Assembly (NCBI GenBank): GCA_020137815.1
Contig: CM035352.1
Location: 2,976,001 to 3,040,000 of the forward strand
Direction: 5' to 3'
DNA from: Hormiphora californensis
Lineage: Eukaryota > Animalia > Ctenophora
Length of the DNA: 64,000 nucleotides
The notes below the pieces were generated by a model. That model did not search any database and had not been told where the DNA came from. It saw only the letters and a list, made by a program, of their open reading frames with translations. Below are positions 31,508 to 44,139 of this stretch, piece by piece (position 1 is the first letter of the stretch; each line of letters starts with the position of its first letter). A program made the translations under genes and the position numbers.

Positions 31508-32879
31508 GGTCATTTCAAAATCTCTGACATCACCCAACACTATCGTTCCTACTATTAATTATTAATTACCTTTTCGCTAATATGTGATAGAAGATGTAGA
31601 CAAGATGTAGAAATTGAACTGAGTTCGTTGACACATCCGCGATTTCTGAACCTGTAATAAATCATAGTTAATGAAAGTATTTTTCAGAGCTCTGAAGAAG
31701 TTACACCAGAATAAGAATGACGGGAAAAGAAGTCCAACATCAAAGACTAAAAACTCCCAGTTTCAGAACGCTCTCAATACCACGTTCATGAAAAATTGTT
31801 GGGATGTAAGTCAACGTATAATAACTACTCACAGTAGAACCCCGATTTATCGGCCCTTCGGGGCAAGATCTAGACGGTAAATCGGAGTTGTACAGTACAA
31901 TCATGTAATATACATATTATAGTATAATAATATATGAGACAGGTTGAGCATGCCTAACTTTTGTCTTAACTTTAGATGTTTGATCAAGTTAGAGCAAAGC
32001 CTACAGCTCCCCCTGAAAAGCCTTCAACCCCGGTAACGCCGATCAGGACTAAAAAGAGATCCCGGTTTCGAGAGTATTCAGATGGCTTTCAGGAGCTAAT
32101 GGACAAAGTAAGTCGAACTAAATAGACAACACCCCTATTCCTATGACAATGATTATTGACTATGACAATGATGAGTTACGGATCAAAGATGGGGCATAGG
32201 TTGGACTATGGATTCAATCAACCCGGCTGATGATAGTCCTTGATTGACTTGAAATGCATTGCGATTATATCATAGCACTGGCAAGTGCCCCGGGCCCAAA
32301 AGGGGGGTGTGGGGGCACAGCCCCCACCATAAACGGGGGTGTGGGGGCAGAGCCCCCACCTTAGAAATACCCTCTAACTCAAAAAACAAAAGAGAGAGCA
32401 CACGCAACACTTCTACACACAAGCGCGTGAAAACCTGCCAGTGCTACTATATACCATTGCAGATTTCGAGGTTTTTGATGCTTTAAAAAAGCATGTTCTA
32501 GATGAAGTAGAGAGCTGAAATTTTGTACTCTAAGGGCCCTCATATAGGAGAAGAGGCATGCAAATTTTCAGAACGATCGGATGTAAGGTAAAAATTTGCC
32601 AGAGGGGTCCCAAAATGCAAAAATGTAAGGAGGGGGAGGGGGAGGGGGAGGGGAGGGGGAGGGGGAGGGGGAGGAGGACGCTTTTTTATCTTTGAGTGTT
32701 CTCCTAAACCACAAATAGTAGAGACTTGCCGTTTGGAACAGTGGTTCCTTACATCATTGCGCTCGGTAATAGCTGTGTGAGAACTTCGAAATCGCCATAG
32801 TTCATTAATTATTCATTAATTAGTCATTAAATATTCATTTTAACCATGGTTGCGATATGACACGACTGGAAGGTCATAA

Positions 32880-33480
32880 AGACTTGAAACCGGTCTTATT
32901 CGACGCGGAACGGTCGGTTTATGGGGGGTCTTACTCGGGACAAAAATCTCTATCTCGCACCGTTAAGCCGTCATTTGCATATTTATGCACCTATTCACGA
33001 TTTTATGCATATTTTCAATATTTTCACTTCGGCTGGTCCTAGAACGTTTTCGTGGACATATTTCGACGCAAAATAGTCGATTTATGGGGGGTCGTCCCCC
33101 GGACGAAAAGTCGTATCTCGAAACCGTTTAGCCGTTATTTGCATAATTATGCACCGATTCATAATTTAATGCATATTCTGAATATTTCCAGTTCAGCTGG
33201 TCCTAGAACGTTTTCATGGACATATTTCGACGCAAAATAGTCGATTTATGGGGGGTCTTACTCGGGACAAAAATCCTCATCTCTCACCGTTAAGCCGTTA
33301 TTTGCATATTTATGCACCGATTCATGATTTAATGCATATTCTTAATATTTCCACTTCGGATGGTCCTAGAACGTTTTCATGGACATATTCCGGCGCAGAA
33401 TAGTCGATTTATGGGGGGTCGTCCCCCTGACAAAAAGTCGTATCTCTCACCGTTTAGTCGTTATTCGCATATTTATGAAT
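32880..33480. repeat. About four degenerate tandem ~163-bp units in a transposase intron
   Basis: Unit core TCG(A/G)TTTATGGGGG(G)TC recurs near 32913, 33077, 33241 and 33404. Confidence 0.8.
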
Positions 33481-33564
33481 TATTCAAATTCAAAAATATG
33501 CAGAAATCAGAAAGAAAAAAATCCGAAAAATAGCTTTTTCTATTTTACACCAAAAAGAACAGAA

Positions 33565-33782
33565 ATTTAGTCCAAAAACCAATTAAATAAATTAGTTTGG
33601 ATGCCCGGGCCCATGTGGTGTCACGGGGGTAACACCTTTAGGCTATAACTGTCATAAATGATGGATATCGAGAGAGATAAAGGCAAAGGAAATTAGGATA
33701 GAAAGGGTGAGATATAATCAAGAAAGACGGAGAGATAAATATGAGGAGAGAGAAAAAAGAGAGATATAGTGAAAGAAACAGT

Positions 33783-33872
<90 letters not shown>

Positions 33873-34038
33873 GAGAGTGAGAGAGATAGACAAAGATAGA
33901 CAGATTGAAGGATAACAATTAACAATTAACGAGATATGCCGTTAATTATGGCAGTTATAGCCTAAAGGTGTTACCCCCGTGACACCACATGGGCCCGGGC
34001 ATCCAAACTAATTTATTTAATTGGTTTTTGGACTAAAT
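33565..34038. mobile_element. MITE with ~85-bp TIRs and internal (AG)n
   Basis: ATTTAGTCCAAAAACC...GGCTATAACTG mirrored at about 33951-34038. Confidence 0.88.
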
Positions 34039-37000
34039 ATATATATATACTCGTTTAGACATGATATGTAGTATGTCTAAACAAGTTGTAAATCTACAAT
34101 TTTAACGCCCACAATTACACACATATCCAACTCCGCCCATGTACTATTACTACAGCTATCACGTTCTATCTAGGTGGAGTCAGGCGAGATCGAGATCGTA
34201 GACGATTATGAATGCGACCCGACATACACCCCGGACGCCTCTCCATGTGACACCCCGCTAACCAGTTTTGCCAGGGCTGCCCATGATGCTGGAGTATCCG
34301 ATAGAGTCTTGTGCCGGCTCCTAAAGAACTACCATTTCGTGAGTGAAGCGTCAAGCTAATCAAACTAACAAACCCCTTTTTGAGATCCAGAAACATCAAT
34401 TATAAGACATTTTTCTTAGGACAAGACTGGAGAGATTATCTCCTGTTCGAATACGAAGGTAAGGAGAGAAATGGACAAAGCTGCAGAAATGGCGTTGAAG
34501 GCGCTTAGGGAAGCAGGATCTCCCATCGGAATATATTTCGATGGGAAGAAGGTCCTGAAAGCCATGAAAAAGGGGACGGTGTGGCAGGAACAGATAACAG
34601 TTCTAGGGTTTTCAGAATCTTCAGAGCGGCCTATCTACTACACCTATTGCCTCATGGACTCACCCATCAGTGAGTTGATCGTTTCCTGTTTTTGTTCCGC
34701 ATATTACAAATTTCATATGTATTGATACAGTTTCCATTATAATGGTATGTTCATTTATTAGGAGGCGATGAGAAGCCCGCCGAGTTGATTGCCCGTGGGA
34801 TCATTAGCCACCTCGAGCAATTGGGCATCGATAGGAAGCTGATAAGAGTAATTGGGTGTGATGGTACCAACACAAACGTGGGAAGGTGCGGAGGTAAGGC
34901 ATCATGATTATAACGCATACAAAATGCAACGGAGCTCATTCAGATTTTTAGAAAAACATAACTAACAATGTTTCAGGAGTGGTGTTCCATCTACAGGAAC
35001 TCTTAAAGAGAAAACTAACCATGTTAGTGTGCTGACTTCACAGGTTAGAACTAGGACTGAAGGCCGCCGCTAAATACTTCTCCGGAGGAACCATTTCCCC
35101 GAGCGGATTTAGGGGAAGGATGGGGCTCCTTCTCGGTTCGAACCTACATGAACGCCCACCAGTTAAGGTATAAAATCTAATCTTTTCATTCTGATAATTT
35201 TCTTTATCTAACAAGTACAAAGTTTCATGCTATAAATAAGCTGTAACTTACAGTGCAGTAAGTATAACCATGGATAATATGATTTCAGTATAGGTTTATT
35301 GGTGCCATGAGAGAGTTCCCAGACCATGTAGTGCAGAATCTCAGCAGTGACAGCAAACTCCTCTACTGGTACTGCCTCACCGCTTCATTTCGTAAGTTGA
35401 CCTGTAAAGATATAGTTTCATAGGTATAAATTCATATAAAATTAGACAAAATTCAGGGAATGTTTCTGAAAGTATTAAATATATTCCCGACCGGCCCCTA
35501 TTAGTTGGTCCACCCGAAAAAACAGCCAGGCACATTACTGGTCTGCCCAGTCGCTTCCTGGTGAAGGCTTTGTCCCTTAACCTTTAATGAGATCTCATTA
35601 GATCTTATTTGAGAAATAAAAATAAATCTTTTCAATAGTCGTAATTGGTTTAGCAGTGTGCTTTAAGTAACGAGTCCCTCTTCATATAATATTTTTCTAT
35701 AGAAATTGAGAACCGCAGTGTGCTTATTATTTTATTATTACAACTTTACATGCTATCAAAATTTAATTTCCAAACTACAGCCCCTAGATTTGCTGAAGAT
35801 GGTTCTTGGTTGCCCAATCACCCGAGCCTTCCTCCAAACCTTATGGAAATGAAACCTGGGCCACTTTTTCATGCACGGTGGTTAACGTTGGGGAGCAGGG
35901 TGATGAGAGCGTTCCTTTCTTTGCCCCATTCAGACGATCCGATGTACGGCAAAATCAAGTGTCTGGCAATGTATGTCAGCAAGATTTACTTCCCCATCCA
36001 CATGGAGATGAAGGTACAAGTTCTATTTGTAACTTAGAGAGATCGAGAATAAGAGGGTTGAATGAGAGTGATAGAGAGAAAGAAGTAGCAACAGTTCATA
36101 CCCATAGGAAAACGAGAAATTTAAAAAAATAGGAGACCAAAAGCAGAGATCAGGATAATATTACACATCTTTTTCAGTTGAAAAGTGGCATGGAGTTTGG
36201 GCCAGGGCACCTCCTAAAAGAAATCATTGAAGTAAACAAGGCGGTGTACTTCCTATCCCCCGAGGTGCGGGACATGGTGTTGAAAAAAATATCGAACAAT
36301 GCCCACTTCGCCCACCCAGATCATGTCCTGTACGCCATGTTGCGTAAGTGAGCCAAATTTCTTCATTTGTATAATAGATAGTTAAGTTGAGAATTATTAG
36401 TTCAAGAGGGAGTGGGATAAAAATAGTGATTGATAATAAGGGACGGATAGACAAGTATCTTAAGATCAGTTTCGTTTCTTTTCCAATGAAGGTCCTCCCA
36501 GATTTAGATCTCGGTCGAAGAGAAGGCTTTTCCAGAGTGATGAATTATAGAGATACTTATTAGATAGAATAAATAGAGATATAATGAAAATATATTTTCG
36601 ATTCCAGAATAAGTTTCTTAATGAACCCATTACCCATCAGATTCCCCTGATTCTACGAATGCAATGAGGGAGAAAGCCAAGCAGTTGTTGGACAAGGCCA
36701 GCCAGCTCCCTGCTCGTCGTGACAAATATGTTGATAAGCCATTCCTTAATACCAAGGCACAGAACATATCCGACTTATGCTTTTTCAGGACGCCGGTAAG
36801 TTATTTGAGTGTTTATTTCAGTCTTTAATATCGAGGTTTTCCATTTCTATTACATATATTATTTAGACTCACTGATGCATAACTGTTATGAAATACAATT
36901 ATAAAGCGAACAAAATTTTTGTTTTTTAGAAGAAGGGAAAGTACTCTGGCCAGTTGTGCTGGGCGACACAGAAAATGACCAAGGATAAGAACGGGAAGGT

Positions 37001-37484
37001 AGAGATCCTCAAGATCTGGAAACCTGTGACGCTGCCTCCCTGCAATGATGTTACACCCGGAACCTGCCCCAATCATTCTCAAATGGTGGAGAGGCATGTG
37101 GCCACAAGCGCTTCAGTGGCAGATAGGTAAGGCCAGCAGACTGAGACATAGACTCTAGTTCAACTAGATTAGTTGATACTTGATAAACTAAACCTAGCTG
37201 ATATAATAACGATGGTCATGTCGCCTAGAGCACATGCCTATTCTTGAAACACTTTTCTCATTTCCAGGTTTAGATCAGACCGTAAGTGCCAAGCAAGTGC
37301 ATTAGTAAAGGAGCTGGAAAGAGCAAAGAGGAGAAAACTGTTTTAGACCCATTTTGGTGAACACACTACTGACACTGTATATATCGTTTTTCCAGTTATG
37401 CTGATTTCTTTTGAATTTCGATACTGTTTTAATATTTATTTTTTTACCACGTAAAAATATATTATGTATATGAGTATAGTATGA

Positions 37485-37670
37485 ATTTAGTCCAAAAACC
37501 AATTAAATAAATTAGTTTGGATGCCCGGGCCCATGTGGTGTCACGGGGGTAACACCTTTAGGCTATAACTGCCATAATTACGGCATATCTCGTTAATTGT
37601 TAAATTGTTATCTTCAATTCTGTCTCTCTCTGTCTATTTCCTGTTATCTCACCTCTCTCTATTCTCTCTC

Positions 37671-37723
<53 letters not shown>

Positions 37724-37800
37724 CTCTCTCACTGTTTTCTTTTTTTTTTTTAAAAAAAAAATTATTTTATTCCTTCTCTTTTTTTTTTTTTTTTTTCTCT
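37485..37800. mobile_element. One-ended copy of the 33565 MITE
   Basis: Identical TIR at 37485-37571 followed by (CT)n; other end not seen. Confidence 0.7.
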
Positions 37801-37908
37801 CTCTGCGAAGTCTACGGCAACCGTTCGAAAGGCCTAGAAGGAAGGACATTGGAGGACGGGGCTTGGGAGGGGTAGGAAGAAAAGACAGGAAGGAAGGATG
37901 AGAGGAAG

Positions 37909-38155
37909 AAGGAAAGGAAGGAAGGAAGGAAGGAAGGAAGGAAGGAAGGAAGGAAGGAAGGAAGGAAGGAAGGAAGGAAGGAAGGAAGGAAGGAAGGAAG
38001 GAAGGAAGGAAGGAAGGAAGGAAGGAAGGAAGGAAGGAAGGAAGGAAGGAAGGAAGGAAGGAAGGAAGGAAGGAAGGAAGGAAGGAAGGAAGGAAGGAAG
38101 GAAGGAAGGAAGGAAGGAAGGAAGGAAGGAAGGAAGGAAGGAAGGAAGGAAGGAA
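37909..38155. repeat. (GGAA)n microsatellite
   Basis: Directly visible. Confidence 0.97.
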
Positions 38156-38597
38156 ATGAAAGAAATGAAAAGGTAGAAATCATAAAATTAACACGTTGTA
38201 CCTCTAATTATAACACCTCTATCATCCAAAAAATGCAATAAATGCAAAATTCCATCTCCTTTAGATTTTTTCAACTGTTGGAAATGGGTGAGAACGAGTT
38301 GACACCGGAACCATATCCAATTGCATAATGCATATGATTAGGCCATGGCCCACGCCCTACATAGATCCAAAATATTGTGTGTACCAGCTAATTCACACCT
38401 CAATTTAAATCCCATGTTTGCTCGATTGCTATTGGTTATCGCCATTCGAATCTTAGTACCCCATTGGTTGTGTACTGTCACATGACACCATAATAATGGC
38501 TATCGAGGGAATGTTTCCTCAACAATGCTCAGCATGTAACCAGCATGTGCCACTCATCTTGGATGATGGGATCGAAGAAGGGGAGGGCACGCAGCTG

Positions 38598-38761
38598 GGC
38601 AGGTCGGAAGAATCTCGACACCGAAATATATATGTATTTCAAGTACATTTGTATTTCAAATACACATGTCTATTTCAACTGAAATATATATGTATGTATT
38701 TCAAATATATATGTATTTCAAATACATATATATTTCGGTGTCGAGATTCTTCCGACCTGCC
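38598..38761. mobile_element. Small palindromic MITE
   Basis: About 41-bp TIR GGCAGGTCGGAAGAATCTCGACACCGAAATATATATGTATT. Confidence 0.8.
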
Positions 38762-39885
38762 GGTCAGGTACAGGTAAAGACAGAGTTCTCACCAAACTCC
38801 AGTCGAAGAGGAGACGAATCAATCGAAGAATAGCAAAAATAAGAAAGGATCAAGCCGTTCGAGAGTGGAAAAGCTAGAAGAACTCGTCGCGGTCACTATA
38901 ACAGCCATCAAGGAGCATTTAATCAACCAGATAAATGCAGAAGAGGACAAGATTGTGACCCAGATCAAGACTAACCCGAAGGTCTTCTTTTCCTACGCGA
39001 ACAGCAAGAGGAAAACACACTCAAACATCGGACCCCTATTAACGCCGAGTGGAGCCCTTACTGATGACCCCTGGAAAAGGCCTAGTTCCTCCAGACCCAG
39101 TAAGGTATTCAGCGATCCATCTCAGGTAAAGGTAGAGGACGCCCTTCTAGGTATCGAGGAGCAGACAGAGGAGCTGACCGACACCCAAAGATGGAATTCC
39201 AGCTCTCATATTAAGGGAATTTCGAAGCTATTTAGCCTACCCCCTGTGGAGACTGTGGACAGAATCCTTTGCTGAGGGAAACATTCCGGAGGAGTTGAAG
39301 AGACAGCAGATAGCCCCTATCTTCAAGAAAGGAAACAAAAGTATAGCTGAGAACTACCGACCGGTAGCACTGACCAGCCACGTGACCAAAACCTTCGAAC
39401 GAGTGGTGTGCAAGGAGATAACTGAATTTGTTGAGTGGCAAGGTATTCTAAACAACGAACAACACGGATTCAGATCAGGACGTAGCTGCCTTACTCAACT
39501 ACTTGAACACTATGATGTAATCCTGGAGGACCTCAACCAAGGGAGTGAAGTAGATGTGGCTTACATCGACTTTAGCAAAGCCTTTGATAAGGTTGATATC
39601 AGTATCCTTCTTCATAAACTGAAAAGATATGGTATCAGGGGAAGACTACTTCAGTGGATCAGAGCCTTCCTCACTGGTAGGTCACAGACTGTGGTGATAG
39701 ACGGAGCATGCTCCAGGGCCGAGAGTGTCACCAGTAGTGTCCTCCAGGGATCTGTGCTTGTACCCCTTCTATTCATCATATATGTGTGTGACTTGGTATC
39801 CCGGACGACGGGAGGTACGCTTACCTTCGCGGACAATTACACCAAAAGCCGCCAAGCAATTACTGGATTGGAAGACAGGGATGCC

Positions 39886-40601
39886 TTGGTAACGAAGTTA
39901 CCCCTCCCTTGCCGGCGCGGCGTGCGAAGCACGCCAAACGAAGGCCGCGAAGCGGCCTGAGTAGGGGTAACAAACCCGCTTTGATTCACTTCAAAAATTA
40001 ATAGCTCCTCAACCACTCAATGAAAATGCACCAAATTTTGGTATTCCCCACCAAATTGTCTGAAAATTATAATTCTGTACTCATATTTAAAAAATTATCC
40101 CCGGAACCTTGGTTTTGAAATCAGTTTTAGGTGTTAATGATGAAAAAAAATTTTGAAAAAGTAGGTTAGGTATGCTTAACATCATATCAAAGATCGTGGC
40201 AAAGTTTGAAGTTTCTATCTTGAAAGGTCTGGCCATCAAAATTAAAAAGGTCTTGAAGTTGAACCATTTGTACAAAACATGTTGTAACTCAGCTTCTACT
40301 TTGCCAAATTAAACCTGGTTTGAAACACTGAACTGCTAATCTATCCCTCCGAATACGGACGAAGTTTGAAACCGCCAGCTCTATTGGCCGCTCTGCAATA
40401 CTTGTTTGTGTCAAAGAAATCAGGAAAGTAACGAGATTTGGTCTCGGTGTGGCCCTGTGCGCGGCTCAAACCCCTTAGCTAGAACTATGTAGTGTAGACT
40501 ACAACTTTTCAGTGCTCAGTATAACGTTTTGGGCGCGCTATAAAAATAGGGCAAGCCCTTCTGATACCTCTAAACAGAGTGTGAGGTGTCTTCGATACCA
40601 A
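39886..40601. mobile_element. MITE with 12-bp TIR, 9-bp TSD and subterminal T-shaped hairpin
   Basis: TTGGTAACGAAG / CTTCGATACCAA; TSD AGGGATGCC at 39877-39885 and 40602-40610. Removal restores LINE frame EDRDALQENLEQI. Confidence 0.88.
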
Positions 40602-40836
40602 AGGGATGCCCTACAAGAAAATCTGGAACAGATAGCGGAATGGTTGGGAAGAAACAATATGCTGCTGCATGAGCAGAAGTAATACTCTGTAATACTCCGA
40701 GTTGAAGGGCATCTCCCGGAGTTCTCTGGTCTTGTTAAGGGTGTAGTTTAGGACTTCAAGAGACCGCTCCGAGAAGATTATGTTAACTCTCCTCAAGTCA
40801 CTGCTAAGACCCAAACTTGAATACTGTTCTCCCTTA

Positions 40837-41430
40837 GGCTATAAGCATACTGATCGTGATGATCATAATCAGTTAAAAAGATGAAGTGTGCTCATGGTTT
40901 TGATCATCATCATCTGCAAAAAACTGCAGTGTGCGGAACATTATGATCATCACGTAAGAGCTGGCCCTGGAGCCGTCTCTTAAGTTGGATGATGATCATC
41001 AACACCTAGTGTGCGCACGTTCTGATCTTATTCTTATGGAGGGCTGCACTGTAGTCATGTGATATGTACCACGTGGTACGACTTCGCGCGCGCGAGAGGC
41101 TGTTGTACAGGTCACGTGATATGCGACAACCTCTCAGAGCGCGCGACTCGCAAAGGGGGAGATAGCATCATCATGCTGAGCACACTGGTCATGATGATCA
41201 TGATCAAAAGGCAAGTTCCAACAAGTTGAGTATGGTTTATGATGATCAAACCTGCGCACACTATGGTTTATGATGATCAAACGTGAACACACTATGGTTT
41301 GAGAACATCATGATGCATCAAGCCTCCATCATGATGATAACCATCAGTGTGTGCGCTCCTTTGATGGTGACCATCAAAACGTCCGCACACTGACCTGATT
41401 ATGATCATCACGATCAGTATGCTTATAGCC
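40837..41430. mobile_element. PIF/Harbinger-type MITE
   Basis: TIR GGCTATAAGCATACTGATCGTGATGATCATAATCAG; 3-bp TTA/CTA flanks; removal restores CSPLWSP. Confidence 0.85.
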
Positions 41431-42081
41431 CTATGGTCTCCAACCAAGATCGGAGATGTTATCAAGATCGAAACTATACATAGATTCTTTACCAGGAGAA
41501 TTGCGGAATGTCAAGGCCTTAACTACTGGGAAAGGCTGACACAGCTGGGAATTTTATCTCTTCAACGGAGACGCGAGAGAAATAGGTTTGGTAGAGACGT
41601 TTTTGAAAATTTTGCATTGAGCTCCTTCAAATTGAAAACTTTACTACAGCGCAGGACATCAAAATCAGCGCTACAATGGCGAAGAAATTACACAGAAAGC
41701 TTCAAAACACGCCTTTTTTTAAACACAGCCTCAGAGATTTAGCCCTGACTTTATTGACCGTTTAATCATTCGAAAGTCATCGATACTCTCTTCCCAACGA
41801 GCCTAAGATTGTGCGATGTGGACAAGAAATGACAGAGTTATTGCCAAAAAAGTCAAAATTTGACCATAAAAGGGATTTTACTCCACCGTTATCCAACTTA
41901 TTTTCGTCCGCAAGCATGCCGTAAGTCAAACAAAAAAGATTTTGAAACTTTTGGAGACAAAATTTTTTCAACTTTTTTTGGCAGTTTTACTCGAAATTCA
42001 AAACAGGGTGCGCGTCGCAATGCCAAAATGCGCGTCGCATGCGCGTCGCATTGTGCGCGTCTCAACACAGTGTCTCGCCTC

Positions 42082-42620
42082 CATAATAAATTAATTCATG
42101 GTCTTGATAATTCTTCTTATCCTCTTCTTATTCACTTCACGTAACAAGCTCTATGGCGGCGCATTGACGCAAAATCAAAAAAAATAAAAAAATGAAAAAA
42201 ATAAAAAAACGTGTTTCAAAAAACATGTTTTTAAAAAAACATGTTTTCGAAAATTTTGATTTTGCGTCAATGCGCCACGTAAGCCGGCTCAATGACGCAA
42301 AATCATGTTTTCGAAAATTTTTATTTTGCGTCAATGCGCCACGTGGCCGGCGCATTGACGCAAAATCAAAATTTTCGGAAAAAAACATGTTTTCGAAAAT
42401 GTTGATTTTGCGTCAATGCGCCGGCGACGTGGCGCATTAACACAAAATCAAAATGTTCGAAAAAATGATTTTGCGTCATTGAGCCGGCTTACGTGGCGCA
42501 TTGACGCAAAATCAAAATTTTCGAAAACATAGTTTTTTAAAAACATGTTTTTTTTCACGTTTTTTATTTTTTTTTTCACGTTTTTTACTTTTTTGATTTT
42601 GCGGTAATGCGCCGCCATCT
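42082..42620. mobile_element. Foldback-type repeat with iterated GCGCATTGACGCAAAATC motifs
   Basis: Alternating direct and inverted motif copies; uninterrupted counterpart of 20860-23510. Confidence 0.8.
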
Positions 42621-42763
42621 CTATCTCTATCTCGTCAGGAACCGGTTTTATAGTCATTTACGAAGTTTGAAAATACCCAGGGGGGTGACAGTTTCAAAAA
42701 ATCCGACTTTAATTCCACTTAATTCCATTTGCGCGTGCTAAATTCTGTTCTTGACAATCTTAA

Positions 42764-44139
42764 AGGGATACTGACATATTCAAAATTTTTTGACTTTTTC
42801 AACGATCCTGGGTGTGGTAACTGGTTGGGAGATAAAAATAGGATGAGTCGAAGTGCGAACTCTCTACTCCCTCTCGTTCTCAAGATATAGGGCCCCACCT
42901 TTTAGCACTTCGTAATTGGTTATGGTATAGGGGGAGAGTTTTATTGCAAATTACATGTAAACACGAGTCTGTTTATCTGTCAATATCTCAACTTTCACAT
43001 GCACGATTTTGACCGGATTTTTTTCTGGAAGTTAGAAATGTTTTAAATTTTTAGTATTTTCTTACGATCTGTATCAGAATAACCAAAAAAATCAGTAAAT
43101 AAACAAGTAAACAGTGCAGTTTGAGGTAAACTGGAGTAAGGTCAATTAGACCCAATTATGGGCAATTAGGGCACTTTGCCGACCTCTTAGGACTTGGAAA
43201 AGTTGCTCACGTGATTCAGTGTATCAAAATTAGTGTGTAAAGTGCCCCACATGCGATCTTTCAGCATTTCCAGTTGAAAAATGCAATTATCGCCAATTAG
43301 ACTAAATTATGCTCAATTAGGACACTTTCTTCACCTCTGACGGCTTGGAAAAGCCGCTTACGTGATTCAGCGTATCAAAATTAGTGGTGATAGTACTCTC
43401 ACATGAATTGATAACGTTTTCATGCGATAGGTTACAGTTACGATCAATTAGACCCGATTATGTTCAATTAGGTCACTTTCTCCACCCCTGGGCGCTTGCC
43501 AAAGTTGCTCACGTGATTCAACGTATCAAAATTAGTCGGGTTGAATGGTTTTGCCTTTTATACCAATTATTTGGCTAAATTTTTCAGTTTATACTCTCCT
43601 AGGATACAATATTCATTTCAGGGCTGAATAGTTGATAACTATTGACTATTTAATTGACTATGGGCTAAATACTAACAATTTGTATGTAAAATTGAGGAAG
43701 TACAGCCAAGTCTGATTGACATTAGTTACTGTATACCGTGATAATATTGTTCTAAGAAGGCATACATTTCAAAAAAATCACCGTCTTGCTTAGTTATAGT
43801 TCTATCTATTCATGACAAGTCTAGAGACAAATGGAAACCAAAAATAGAAACTAGAAGTGGTCTTAAAGGTTTTAGAAAAAACCCGGTCAAAATCGCATGT
43901 GTATTAGCTGAGATAATGACATATAAACAGGCTCGTGTTTACCTGTAATCTGTAATGCTGGTCTCCTCCTCTTACCATAACCAATTAGTGGGTGTTAATA
44001 TTTGGGACCCTATATCTTGAGAAGTAGAGGGAGTAGAGAGCTCGGACTTCGACACAATGTATTTATTCTCTCAGATGATGTGATTGGGCAATGTTTTACT
44101 AAAATTTGAGATGGTCGATTTGAATATGTCAGTATCCCT
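42764..44139. mobile_element. Kolobok-type non-autonomous DNA transposon
   Basis: TTAA|AGGGATACTGACATATTCAAA...TTTGAATATGTCAGTATCCCT|TTAA; long imperfect subterminal IRs; internal ~150-bp degenerate repeats. Confidence 0.85.

Larger units (their letters stand above)
31688..37346 (+). pseudogene. Multi-intron DDE transposase of a divergent hAT-related group, disrupted
   Basis: About 12 GT-AG exons join to give IYFDGKK, IGCDGTNTNVG, LVC*LHRLEL (TGA at 35033-35035 inside CxxH), PGPLFHARWLT, NAHFAHPDHVLYAML, HSQMVER, stop at 37344-37346. Frameshift near 37060. Start codon and TIRs not found. Confidence 0.8.
38775..41581 (+). mobile_element. Degenerate CR1-like LINE related to the 20968 copy; two MITE insertions and an internal inversion
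   Basis: KVFFSYANSKRK, NYRPVALTSHVTKTFERVV, YIDFSKAFDKV, FADN, EYCSPLWSP, SLQRRRER; frameshifts and deletions present. Confidence 0.9.

Noticed and set aside
35033-35035. Selenocysteine TGA in the transposase CxxH motif
   Set aside because: The Cys itself is intact, the TGA is at a variable position, a second lesion exists and no SECIS was recognised; a nonsense mutation is simpler.
37812-38183. ORFs of FLPS/GRKE repeats, and similar ER/LS ORFs elsewhere
   Set aside because: Microsatellite translations.
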